From the IMG/VR virus record IMGVR_UViG_3300020470_001965: a stretch of 64,000 bases of DNA, one strand, 5' to 3'. Position 1 is the first letter of the stretch, and the number at the start of each line of letters is the position of its first letter. The notes below the pieces were generated by a model. The model was not told where the DNA came from. It saw nothing but the letters and a program-made list of their open reading frames with translations, and did not search any database. Positions 18,346-27,339 of this stretch are shown piece after piece. Position numbers and translations under genes: made by a program. This DNA comes from a virus.

Positions 18346-18827
18346 CATCTACATCACGATTCCAACCAAACAAAAATGACGAAGGCGATAAGAACTCGCA
18401 AGGAGTTGGTAAGCTGAAGAAAAAGGTGGTCAAAGGTATCACCGTCAATCCCAAGAAGGAAGATCTTATGTCCGAGAAATTAGATCCCGTAGGCAAGGAG
18501 GATGCTGACCTTGATAACGACGGGAAAAAGAATGATAAGAATGATAGGTACTTACGTTATAGAAGAAAAGTACGTTCCTCTGTCATCAAAAATCAAAAAG
18601 AAGCATTAGAAGCACTCCGTACTAAGGAACTAGCTGAAGAAGAAGTAGTAAATGAGGTTGCTGTTACAGCAGTCGCTACTCCTGCTGCTGTTGGATCCAC
18701 ATCACACAGCAATACTAAGAAAGGTTCTGGTACTGAAGATGCTAAGAAGAGAATGAGAGAGAAACTTCTTGCTCAGACCGCTGAGTATGACAAGAAGAGG
18801 AAGGAAGCTCGTCATGCCAGTCATTAA
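18342..18827 (+). CDS. Hypothetical protein, probable internal head protein, with DxDNDG Ca-loop-like motif
   Basis: EKLDPVGKEDADLDNDGKKNDKNDRYL. Confidence 0.65.
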   Translation: MTSTSRFQPNKNDEGDKNSQGVGKLKKKVVKGITVNPKKEDLMSEKLDPVGKEDADLDNDGKKNDKNDRYLRYRRKVRSSVIKNQKEALEALRTKELAEEEVVNEVAVTAVATPAAVGSTSHSNTKKGSGTEDAKKRMREKLLAQTAEYDKKRKEARHASH

Positions 18828-19059
18828 TGAGTGGGATGATCAGGCATCTGCTGATCGTATAAAGAGATACGAAAAGGAAAAGAAAGACCGTAAAGAATAC
18901 CTCTACAAGTCTAAGCATGGACCTAAGAGGTATAAAGAGTTTATGAAAAAGGATGCTGAAGCAAAGTCTAAGGGTGTTCCTAAGGACAAGAGAGGTGTTC
19001 GTGCTCTTCATAAAGGTAAGTGGGGATATATGAAGAATAGAAAATTCACTGCCGATTGA
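18814..19059 (+). CDS. Basic hypothetical protein
   Basis: MPVINEW...GKWGYMKNRKF. Confidence 0.65.
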   Translation: MPVINEWDDQASADRIKRYEKEKKDRKEYLYKSKHGPKRYKEFMKKDAEAKSKGVPKDKRGVRALHKGKWGYMKNRKFTAD

Positions 19060-19090
19060 TGCTATATAGGGTAGAGTTTTTACCCTAATC

Positions 19091-19279
19091 ATGATTAACT
19101 TTTTAATGCCTATTGCCATTAGTATTATTAACAAGGCAGTAGATAAAATTCCTGAGGATCTTGACTCAGTAATCAAGGACTTTCTAATCAAACTACTAAA
19201 GAAAGCAGCAGCTAAGACAGGTAATAAAGTGGATGACGAACTAGTCAACGCTCTTGCCAAGGCACTGCTAGAGTCTTGA
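19091..19279 (+). CDS. Small conserved hypothetical protein
   Basis: LLKKAAAKTGNKVDDELV. Confidence 0.7.
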   Translation: MINFLMPIAISIINKAVDKIPEDLDSVIKDFLIKLLKKAAAKTGNKVDDELVNALAKALLES

Positions 19280-19282
19280 TAT

Positions 19283-19290
19283 TATAAATA
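19283..19290 (+). promoter_or_regulatory. T4-type late promoter
   Basis: TATAAATA upstream of a structural gene. Confidence 0.7.
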
Positions 19291-19326
19291 AAATATAGGA
19301 ATACTCACTGTCCAGAGGAGAACACA

Positions 19327-20160
19327 ATGTCTGTCGTAGGAAAAATTGACTCAGCAGCGTTTAGTAATTCGATTGGTGTCACGAATGGTGACGCAACCGT
19401 ATCTAAAAATGCTGGTGATACTGTAGTTGTAGGTGACGTGCTTGACATCAGTGGCGTAAGCTACATTGTTAAACAGGTAACCAGTACCACTGCAATCGAA
19501 CTGCATAAGAATTATGCAGGATCAACCGCAACTGTATCTGCAGGATCAGTGCTACGAAGAACTCCACCTAAAGCAGTTGCAGAGTATGTAATTGTTGGTG
19601 GTGATAGTAATTCCTATGACTTGGTATTTGTAGACACAACTGAGGACAGCATTGCGTCTAACAAGAGTCGTGGTATTTCTGGACCTGGTTGGTGGCAGTA
19701 TAGAACATATACTTCACACAATGGTGACGAAAAGCATAAGGCAGAGTGTTTAGTTCCCCTCAAGGTTGCTGTTGGTACTTCTGGTGACTTCACCGATGAT
19801 ACACTTGCTGCTGATGTCCTTGAGACAATCACAGTCGGTACACAACCTGCTAACTCTACATCCTCTAGTGGTGCTGGAACATTCACTGCTGCATTCTCTG
19901 TGGATCAGTCTGGTACTAAGGTTTACAAGTGGCAACGTCAGACTAAGACCGCTACTACTCGTTGGGTAGATATCGTTGGCGGTGCTGGTGGACTTGACAC
20001 TGGTATCACATATGCAGACTTCACTACAGCAACACTGGCATACAGTGGACTTGCTAGTGATGCACTAGATGGTTACAAGTATCGTTGCGTATTAAATACA
20101 AGCAAGGGTGCAGAGACTAAGTACACTAACGGAGCTGCTACACTTACATTCGGTAGCTAA
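19327..20160 (+). CDS. Virion structural protein with C-terminal Ig-like domain
   Basis: SD GAGGAG; GISGPGWW..Y..Y; ITVGTQP...YKWQ...DGYKYRCV...AATLT. Confidence 0.75.
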   Translation: MSVVGKIDSAAFSNSIGVTNGDATVSKNAGDTVVVGDVLDISGVSYIVKQVTSTTAIELHKNYAGSTATVSAGSVLRRTPPKAVAEYVIVGGDSNSYDLVFVDTTEDSIASNKSRGISGPGWWQYRTYTSHNGDEKHKAECLVPLKVAVGTSGDFTDDTLAADVLETITVGTQPANSTSSSGAGTFTAAFSVDQSGTKVYKWQRQTKTATTRWVDIVGGAGGLDTGITYADFTTATLAYSGLASDALDGYKYRCVLNTSKGAETKYTNGAATLTFGS

Positions 20161-20184
20161 TAAGTAAAGTTGTTTATTATGTAA

Positions 20185-20556
20185 ATGAATTTTGATGAAC
20201 TGAATGAGAAGAATCATCTTCTCTTCGCCATTAAATTTTATGAGAACCCACATTCAGTTACTATAGATGACTTCTTAGAAGACATGAAAAAGTTTAAGTA
20301 CCTTAAACGGTTACTTAAACGGTATCTGAAGACCAAAGTATTAAGGACTAACCTTATACTTAACCATTTGATAGTTCTATATAATGTTTTTGGTGATGGT
20401 ACATTACCTTTATTAATGTACAAACTCGAACCAGAGTACTGGTCTGCAGTCAAGACATTCTTAGTATATCTAAGTAGGTATCCAGATGATCATCAAGGTT
20501 GTCTGAAGGATGTCCAGATAGATGCAACTATAAAAGGAGTCCTAGACAGATTGTGA
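20185..20556 (+). CDS. Conserved T4-like phage hypothetical protein
   Basis: FAIKFYENP...EDMKKFKYLKRLL...LILNHLIVLYNVFG. Confidence 0.8.
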   Translation: MNFDELNEKNHLLFAIKFYENPHSVTIDDFLEDMKKFKYLKRLLKRYLKTKVLRTNLILNHLIVLYNVFGDGTLPLLMYKLEPEYWSAVKTFLVYLSRYPDDHQGCLKDVQIDATIKGVLDRL

Positions 20557-20951
20557 TTAACGAAGATGCCCCAACAATGAGTGCTGGTACTGGTGGATTC
20601 TCTGGATCTGCTGCTGCCACTGGTCCTGTTGCTGGTTTTGATCCAATTCTAGGTGGCTCGAACGAGAAGAAACCCAAGCTGACACGTAGAAAGCCTAAAA
20701 AGAAAAAGTATGTATGTAAGGAAGGTCTTGCTTCGCATGAGAAAGAAGCGGGTTACCTTCCATTTTTAATTTGTTATGATGGAGCACAAGAGTATGTGCT
20801 ATATGGTAAGTCAGAGCAGGAGATTAAGATCCAACTCAGAAAGATATACCGTCCTGAGAACTTCAGTAAGATATATGTTAAGAGATTGTATCCTAATCAG
20901 GTGATACAGTTTTATTTTAATAAACGTAAGCAAGCACTGTCGAACCAATGA
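20553..20951 (+). CDS. Hypothetical protein
   Basis: GTGA-coupled; (V)INEDAPTMSAGTGG...AGFDP. Confidence 0.65.
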   Translation: MINEDAPTMSAGTGGFSGSAAATGPVAGFDPILGGSNEKKPKLTRRKPKKKKYVCKEGLASHEKEAGYLPFLICYDGAQEYVLYGKSEQEIKIQLRKIYRPENFSKIYVKRLYPNQVIQFYFNKRKQALSNQ

Positions 20952-21139
20952 CTAAGATTTTACACAGACTGCCACTCGACGAGTGGTTTGATGATGTTCC
21001 ACACCCTCATGACAGTATGCCTATCGCAACTGACAAGAGTAAGGATACTGATGCTGAACTATCTTTGCATGAGAAAATGTACAGGCTAGCCACTAAGAAT
21101 GGTAGCACTATAGGTGGTTCGGAAAATGCAGGAGGTTAA
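20948..21139 (+). CDS. Hypothetical protein
   Basis: ATGA-coupled ORF. Confidence 0.55.
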   Translation: MTKILHRLPLDEWFDDVPHPHDSMPIATDKSKDTDAELSLHEKMYRLATKNGSTIGGSENAGG

Positions 21140-21518
21140 CGGGGCAATACTAGAAAGACTAGAGAGGGTAGTAGATAAACTCTCAGAGAACTCAACCAAG
21201 ATGGGTGAGTTACTTGCTGTCCATAATGAGAAGTTGGATAAGCAGGATAGAATTGATGCAGTACTGTTTGAGAAGGTGGAGTCAGTCCATCGTGAAGTAA
21301 ATCGTAGAGCAGAGGAGATAAAGAAAGGTTGTGAAAGAGATATCCGTAAGGTTGATGACCGTCTTCAGATCATGGAGAAGAAGATGTGGTCTATTTTTGG
21401 TGCTCTTAGTATTATATCTTTCATCGTTAGCCCAGTGGGACAGAAAGTAATCCGTCCACTCTTGACAGAACCACCAGAAGCTGCTACTGTAAGTCCATCA
21501 GTAACTAACGTAGTATGA
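21126..21518 (+). CDS. Coiled-coil protein with C-terminal TM helix
   Basis: LLAVHNEKL...MWSIFGALSIISFIV; usual position before the primase. Confidence 0.7.
   Translation: MQEVNGAILERLERVVDKLSENSTKMGELLAVHNEKLDKQDRIDAVLFEKVESVHREVNRRAEEIKKGCERDIRKVDDRLQIMEKKMWSIFGALSIISFIVSPVGQKVIRPLLTEPPEAATVSPSVTNVV
21462..21490 (+). promoter_or_regulatory. Sigma70-type promoter for the primase
   Basis: TTGACA-17-TACTGT with upstream TG. Confidence 0.55.
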
Positions 21519-22501
21519 CCTTGGTCGATGACCTGTACATTAATAGGTTATCCATTAGACTAGAAAAATTTAAACGAGTTAAGAGCTCACTTTACAACTT
21601 CCGTTGCCCTTACTGTGGAGATTCACAGAAGAATAAGAACAAAGCACGGGGGTATTTTTTTCAGGTTAATGGACGCATGGTATTTAAGTGCCATAACTGT
21701 GGTATAGGTAAGACTACTGCGAACTTTCTTAAGGAACAGGCACCTGATCTTTATAGTGAATACCAAGTCGAGAAGTACCGTCGTAACTCAACTGGCAAGG
21801 GTACAACTGTAGAGAAATTTAAGGTTCCTGACACGACTCCACACTTTAAAAAACCAAACGATTTACAAAGTATCGAGAGTCTAAATATTGTACACCCCGC
21901 TAAAAAATATTTACTGAGCAGAAAGATTCCAGAGGAGAAATTCTCTCGAATTTATTATGTTGATAAGTTTAAGAAGTGGGTCAACACAAAGAAGAAAACG
22001 TTTGAGAGTCTACAAAATGATCGACCAAGAATTATTATCCCTCTCATTCGTGCAGATGGTACATGGTTTGGCATTCAGGGTCGATCTCTGGCAGCACATG
22101 CTACGTTAAGATACATCACGATAATGTTCGAGGATCATCAAAAGATCTTTGGACTTGATAGCATTAACCCAGAGGAAACTGTTTATGTTACGGAAGGACC
22201 GTTCGACTCATTATTCATCGATAACAGCATTGCTATGTGTGGTAGCGATGTTGACCTTAGCGGTTACAATTATCAATTTGTCTACGTCTTCGACAACGAA
22301 CCGAGGAACAGGCAAATCGTCTCTAAAATTGCTACAGCCGTCGAGCAAGGTTATCAGGTAGTCATTTGGCCATCAACTGTTAAGGTTAAGGACATTAATG
22401 ACATGGTGTTGGCAGGACTCAACCCTTCTGCTATAATAAAGGACAACACTTTCACAGGGTTGGAAGCAAAATTAAGACTAAACAACTGGAAAAAAGTATG
22501 A
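21515..22501 (+). CDS. 61: DNA primase gp61
   Basis: CPYCGDS...KCHNC zinc finger; TEGPFDS, DNEPRN, KDINDM TOPRIM. Confidence 0.97.
   Translation: MTLVDDLYINRLSIRLEKFKRVKSSLYNFRCPYCGDSQKNKNKARGYFFQVNGRMVFKCHNCGIGKTTANFLKEQAPDLYSEYQVEKYRRNSTGKGTTVEKFKVPDTTPHFKKPNDLQSIESLNIVHPAKKYLLSRKIPEEKFSRIYYVDKFKKWVNTKKKTFESLQNDRPRIIIPLIRADGTWFGIQGRSLAAHATLRYITIMFEDHQKIFGLDSINPEETVYVTEGPFDSLFIDNSIAMCGSDVDLSGYNYQFVYVFDNEPRNRQIVSKIATAVEQGYQVVIWPSTVKVKDINDMVLAGLNPSAIIKDNTFTGLEAKLRLNNWKKV
22409..22437 (+). promoter_or_regulatory. Sigma70-type promoter for nrdA
   Basis: TTGGCA-17-TATAAT with upstream TG. Confidence 0.65.
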
Positions 22502-24822
22502 GCAACGGTACTAGTGTTGTCAAAAGGAATGGGGTGGTCGAACCCCTCAACCTAGAAAAGATGCACAAGATGGTAAGGTATGCCTGTGAAGGTCTTGCTG
22601 GTGTATCTGAATCACAAGTCGAGATGAATGCAAACCTTCAGTTTCATGATGGTATTGCCACCTCAGACATACAGGAAATATTAGTTAAGTCTGCCAACGA
22701 TTTAATATCATTGGAGTCACCTAACTACCAATACGTAGCAGCAAGACTGTTACTATATGGACTTCGTAAGCAGGTATATGGAGACCATCCAGACTTTAGA
22801 CCTTATTTAATTGACCATGTTAATGACTGCATTGCGAAAGGTGTTTACGACCCTACCATCGTGGATAAGTATAGTCCAGAAGAATGGCAGGAGATTGATG
22901 GATACATTGATAATGATCGAGATACTTTGTTTACATATGCTGGTCTTAGGCAGGTAGCAGATAAATATTTGGTACAGGATAGGAGTAGTGGTGAACTCTA
23001 TGAGACACCGCAACAAATGTACATAATGATTGCGACTACTCTCTTTCAGAATTACCCTAGTGAAACCCGACTCAGTTACATCCAACGATACTATGACGCA
23101 ATCTCCAAACACCGAATCAACATCCCAACCCCCGTTATGGCGGGAGTACGAACCCCCCTTCGTCAATTTGCAAGTTGTGTTCTGGTTGATATTGATGACA
23201 CCATCGATAGTATCTTTAGCAGTGATATGGCTATTGGCTACTATGTCGCTCAGAGGGCAGGCATCGGTATTAATGCGGGTAGGATCAGGGGGATCAACAG
23301 TAAAATCAGAGGCGGAGAAGTTCAGCACACAGGTGTCATCCCGTTCCTTAAAAAGTTTGAGTCAACTGTTCGATGCTGTACTCAGAATGGGGTCAGAGGT
23401 GGTTCAGCAACCGTCCACTTCCCAATCTGGCACCAAGAAATCGAAGACATCTTGGTCCTCAAAAACAACAAAGGAACAGAAGACAACCGAGTCAGAAAAT
23501 TAGATTACAGCATACAACTAAGTAAGATATTCTATGAACGTTTTATCAAGAATCAGGACATCACGTTATTTTCCCCTCATGATTGTCCTGGGTTGTATGA
23601 GAGTTTTGGGACCCCTGATTTTGATAGGTTATACTGCCAGTATGAGGCTGATGAATCCATCCCCAAGTCAACCATCGGAGCACAAGAGCTCATCCTTGAC
23701 CTCTTAAAGGAGAGAGCAGAGACTGGTCGTATATACATTATGAATATTGACCACTGCAATGAGCATTCATCGTTCATTGACAAGGTTAACATGAGTAATC
23801 TATGTCAAGAGATCACTCTACCTACAGATCCTATTGGTCACATCGATGATGAAGGTGGAGAGATTGCACTGTGTATATTATCTGCTATCAATGTAGGTAA
23901 GATAACTAATCCAGATCAGTTAGAAGAACTATGTGATCTAACTGTACGTGGACTAGAAGAACTTATAGACTACCAACAGTATCCTGTTGATGCTGCCAAG
24001 CGTAGTACTTTATCACGTAGATCATTAGGTGTAGGATTCATTGGACTAGCACACTACCTTGCTAAGGCAGGTGTTAAGTATGAGGATCCTGCTGCATGGA
24101 CATTGGTTCATGAGTTGACAGAAGCATTCCAATACTATCTACTCAAAGCATCTAACCAATTAGCAATCGAAAGAGGTCCTTGTGAAGGATTCTATCGAAC
24201 TAAGTATGCTCAGGGTTTACTTCCTATAGATACATATAAGAAGGATGTAGATCATCTAGTACCTAATGAGTTAAAGCATGATTGGGATAGTTTACGGACA
24301 TCTATCACCGAGAACGGTCTTAGGCACTCAACATTGTCCGCACAGATGCCATCGGAGAGCAGCTCCGTTGTGTCAAATGCAACCAATGGAATCGAGCCAC
24401 CTAGAGACTACTTGTCCATTAAAAAATCAAAGAAAGGACCTCTTAAGCAAATTGTTCCCTCCTATGTGGGTTTAAAGAATAACTACACGTTACTCTGGGA
24501 CATGCCTAACAATGATGGGTACATTAATATTGTAGCAGTCATGCAGAAGTTCTTTGACCAAGGTATCAGTGGTAACTGGGCTTATAATCCAGAGCATTAC
24601 CCCAACAATGAAGTACCTTTGTCTGTGATGGCAAACGATCTACTGAATACATATAAGTATGGGTGGAAGACATCATACTATCAAAACACTTACGATGCTA
24701 AGAAGGAGATAGATGAACCCGCTCATCCAATAGGATGGAAGGATGAGGACAACCTTGTTAACGCTTTAGTTGACGAAATCCTTGCTGGTGATGAAGCAGA
24801 ATGTGAGGCTTGTAATGTTTAG
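22498..24822 (+). CDS. nrdA: Ribonucleotide reductase class Ia alpha subunit
   Basis: ATP cone (VVKRNG), QFASC, SNLCQEI, KTSYY, C-terminal CxxC. Confidence 0.98.
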   Translation: MSNGTSVVKRNGVVEPLNLEKMHKMVRYACEGLAGVSESQVEMNANLQFHDGIATSDIQEILVKSANDLISLESPNYQYVAARLLLYGLRKQVYGDHPDFRPYLIDHVNDCIAKGVYDPTIVDKYSPEEWQEIDGYIDNDRDTLFTYAGLRQVADKYLVQDRSSGELYETPQQMYIMIATTLFQNYPSETRLSYIQRYYDAISKHRINIPTPVMAGVRTPLRQFASCVLVDIDDTIDSIFSSDMAIGYYVAQRAGIGINAGRIRGINSKIRGGEVQHTGVIPFLKKFESTVRCCTQNGVRGGSATVHFPIWHQEIEDILVLKNNKGTEDNRVRKLDYSIQLSKIFYERFIKNQDITLFSPHDCPGLYESFGTPDFDRLYCQYEADESIPKSTIGAQELILDLLKERAETGRIYIMNIDHCNEHSSFIDKVNMSNLCQEITLPTDPIGHIDDEGGEIALCILSAINVGKITNPDQLEELCDLTVRGLEELIDYQQYPVDAAKRSTLSRRSLGVGFIGLAHYLAKAGVKYEDPAAWTLVHELTEAFQYYLLKASNQLAIERGPCEGFYRTKYAQGLLPIDTYKKDVDHLVPNELKHDWDSLRTSITENGLRHSTLSAQMPSESSSVVSNATNGIEPPRDYLSIKKSKKGPLKQIVPSYVGLKNNYTLLWDMPNNDGYINIVAVMQKFFDQGISGNWAYNPEHYPNNEVPLSVMANDLLNTYKYGWKTSYYQNTYDAKKEIDEPAHPIGWKDEDNLVNALVDEILAGDEAECEACNV

Positions 24823-25480
24823 CAAAGAACTAAAGGAGGGGACTTCTAAGTCCCACTCAGCAGCAGAGAATACTAAATTTGTATCCTCTTTCCTTAGAGG
24901 TGTTGTTAGTGAAGAGAACTATCGTGGTCTCATTGCTAACTTCTATTTTGTTTATCGTGCTATGGAGGAAGAGATCTCCAAGCATAAGTCTGACCCTACC
25001 ATTGGTCAGGTGTACTATAAATCTCTAGAAAGAACTAACTTTTTAGAAAGAGACCTTAGATATTTTTATGGTCCTAACTGGAGATCAATAGTAGTTCCAA
25101 CAGAAGCATGCCAGCAGTATGTTAATCGCATACGTGAGGTAGAACCCTATCTTCTCATTGCACATCATTATACTAGGTACATTGGTGACCTATCTGGTGG
25201 TGTAATACTGAGAGGAATTGCTGAGAAGGCATTAACGTTACCAAAGGGTGAAGGATTACACTTCTATGACTTCCCTGACATATCTGATGCTAAAGGGTTT
25301 AAGACTTCCTATAGAACACAATTGGATTCTATACCGTTGACCGAGCAGCAGAAGAATGCTATCATCGTGGAAGCAAATTACGCTTTCCGACTTAACATGT
25401 ATATGTTTGATGAGCTAGAAGGTAACGCTACTAAATCGTTATGGAAGATGTTTGTTAACTTTATAATGCCATCAAGATAA
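24815..25480 (+). CDS. ho1: Heme oxygenase
   Basis: LKEGTSKSHSAAENT, HHYTRYIGDLSGG, EANYAFRLNM. Confidence 0.95.
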   Translation: MFSKELKEGTSKSHSAAENTKFVSSFLRGVVSEENYRGLIANFYFVYRAMEEEISKHKSDPTIGQVYYKSLERTNFLERDLRYFYGPNWRSIVVPTEACQQYVNRIREVEPYLLIAHHYTRYIGDLSGGVILRGIAEKALTLPKGEGLHFYDFPDISDAKGFKTSYRTQLDSIPLTEQQKNAIIVEANYAFRLNMYMFDELEGNATKSLWKMFVNFIMPSR

Positions 25481-26616
25481 TGGGTACCACAGTCTTTAAC
25501 GCAAGGAAGGTAGACACCACAAAACAGCAGATGTTTTTTGGTCCTCCTTTAGGTATGCAACAGTACTGCACCTATAAGTACCCTGACTTTGATAAGTTAA
25601 CCCAGTCAATGCTAGGTTACTTCTGGCGACCTGAAGAAGTTTCACTTCAGAAAGACAGAGTGGATTATAAGACACTCAATTCACAACAGAAACATATCTA
25701 TACTTCTAATCTGAAGTATCAAATACTATTGGACTCTGTACAAGGCAGAGGACCAGGCATGGCATTTAAACCTTACTGTTCATTGCCAGAACTAGAAGGT
25801 GCCATGAGTGTGTGGGAATTTATGGAGGGGATTCACTCCCGATCCTATAGCCACATAATAAAAAATGTTTATTCAGACCCCAGTGAGGTACTAGATACCA
25901 CACTAAACGATGAGAAGATCATCAAACGTGCACAGTCTGTTACTAAAGCCTACGATGAATTTATTAATCAAGCACATCAATGGGACACAGGTAACATGTG
26001 GAGACCTGATTCAGCAGGTTCACCATCAGTAGAATGGTGTCGTAAGGATCTTAAAAGGTTATTATACAGAGCAGTTGCGAACGTTAATATCTTAGAAGGT
26101 ATACGTTTTTATGTTAGTTTCGCTTGCAGCTTTGCTTTTGGTGAACTTAAACTCATGGAGGGTTCTGCTAAAATTATCTCCCTTATTGCACGAGATGAGA
26201 ACCAACACCTTGTACTCACTCAAAAGATACTGAAGAAATGGGCAGAAGGTGATGACCCAATTTTTCTTGAGATCATTAAGGAAGAGAAAGAAAATGTAAA
26301 GCAAATGTTCATTGAGGCTGTAGAAGAGGAGAAAGACTGGGCAAATTATCTGTTCTCCCTTGGATCAATGATTGGATTAAATGAAAGACTACTTTCCCAA
26401 TACGTAGAGTGGATTGCTAATAGACGAATGAAGTCTATTGGTATCGAACCTATCTATGATATACCTGCCAGGAACAATCCATTACCATGGACTGAACACT
26501 GGTTAAATAGCAAGGGGCAACAAAATGCTCCTCAGGAAACTGAGATAGAGTCCTATGTAGTCGGGGGAATTAAACAGGATGTCCAAGAGAATACTTTTGC
26601 AGAATTTGAGCTCTGA
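25480..26616 (+). CDS. nrdB: Ribonucleotide reductase class Ia beta subunit
   Basis: FWRPEEV, LLDSVQGR, EGIHSRSY, EGIRFYVSF, RDENQH, QETEIESY. Confidence 0.98.
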   Translation: MGTTVFNARKVDTTKQQMFFGPPLGMQQYCTYKYPDFDKLTQSMLGYFWRPEEVSLQKDRVDYKTLNSQQKHIYTSNLKYQILLDSVQGRGPGMAFKPYCSLPELEGAMSVWEFMEGIHSRSYSHIIKNVYSDPSEVLDTTLNDEKIIKRAQSVTKAYDEFINQAHQWDTGNMWRPDSAGSPSVEWCRKDLKRLLYRAVANVNILEGIRFYVSFACSFAFGELKLMEGSAKIISLIARDENQHLVLTQKILKKWAEGDDPIFLEIIKEEKENVKQMFIEAVEEEKDWANYLFSLGSMIGLNERLLSQYVEWIANRRMKSIGIEPIYDIPARNNPLPWTEHWLNSKGQQNAPQETEIESYVVGGIKQDVQENTFAEFEL

Positions 26617-26824
26617 CCTATTCACCAAGGTCTTGCATCGCTGGTTTAAAAGATTTAATGAGAAGACGATGGATCCCAAGACGCAGGGTGTCCAACGAGC
26701 TGAAGGTGATTGGCTCGCTGAAAGACCCGAAAGTTGGTATCAGGGACCACTTATATTTCCTACGTTCCCTGAAGAGGGAGTTACAATGTACTCCCAAGAA
26801 GGACCTGGAGAAGTGGAGACCTAG
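26579..26824 (+). CDS. Hypothetical protein (possible start 26669); competes with overlapping ORF 26658-26858
   Basis: Open frame; coding frame ambiguous. Confidence 0.4.
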   Translation: MSKRILLQNLSSDLFTKVLHRWFKRFNEKTMDPKTQGVQRAEGDWLAERPESWYQGPLIFPTFPEEGVTMYSQEGPGEVET

Positions 26825-26847
26825 ATACACTAACAGGAAGAAAAAAA

Positions 26848-27024
26848 ATGCTGAGTAGTAAGTACAGACTGGAGTTGACAGATATCTGTTGTCGTATGAT
26901 GACTACTGATGGTATCGAAGTGTCATTAGAAGAACGGATCTGGATGAATAAGTTGTGCGAACATAACTTACATGCAAGAGAGTTGAGAGACTCTTTACTT
27001 TGTCCTTACAAGGTAGAAGGCTAA
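26848..27024 (+). CDS. 58-aa conserved cyanophage protein
   Basis: MLSSKYRLELTDICCRM...VSLEERIWMNKL. Confidence 0.7.
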   Translation: MLSSKYRLELTDICCRMMTTDGIEVSLEERIWMNKLCEHNLHARELRDSLLCPYKVEG

Positions 27025-27076
27025 AATTTGTAACGTACTTGCTAAATAGTATTAGCGTATGGTAACATACACGTAT

Positions 27077-27123
27077 CGTTCATCCCCTAGTAGTAGGGGA
27101 CGCAAGTAAGCCGACTCGGAACG
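27077..27123 (+). ncRNA. Glutamine riboswitch-like aptamer 1 (glnA/Downstream-peptide class)
   Basis: CGTTCA-TCCCCT..AGGGGA-CGCAAGTAAGCCGACTCG-GAACG; P1 CGTTC/GAACG. Confidence 0.75.
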
Positions 27124-27128
27124 GAGTT

Positions 27129-27304
27129 CGTTCATCCCATGATTCCCTTTATAATTGCTACTTCTTTAACATGCTCTGAGGCACATGAACTTGTCGATAA
27201 GATGAGATCTTATAGGGTCGAAGACGAAACGAAAGCAGAAATGATTTCGATAGTTAAGGAAGAGACTGACGGATGTTGGGACGCAAAAGCCGACTGAAGG
27301 AACG
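27129..27304 (+). ncRNA. Glutamine riboswitch-like aptamer 2 with an expanded P2 loop containing an ORF
   Basis: CGTTCA-TCCCA ...137 nt... TGGGA-CGCAAAAGCCGACTGAAG-GAACG. Confidence 0.7.
27139..27297 (+). CDS. 52-aa protein nested in aptamer 2
   Basis: MIPFIIATSLTCSEAHELVDKM...ETDGCWDAKAD; GGAG at 27123-27126. Confidence 0.7.
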   Translation: MIPFIIATSLTCSEAHELVDKMRSYRVEDETKAEMISIVKEETDGCWDAKAD

Positions 27305-27339
27305 GGGTCTAATCCACCTCACAATTCAGGAGAAAAACC

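Noticed and set aside
17832-19260. Antisense ORFs 17832-18338 and 18742-19260
   Set aside because: Mirror of Lys/Ala-rich plus-strand genes, which rarely give stops on the opposite strand.
22807-23503. Long alternative ORFs inside nrdA (173 aa minus, 157 aa plus)
   Set aside because: nrdA is continuous with all motifs; no sign of an intron, intein or homing endonuclease.
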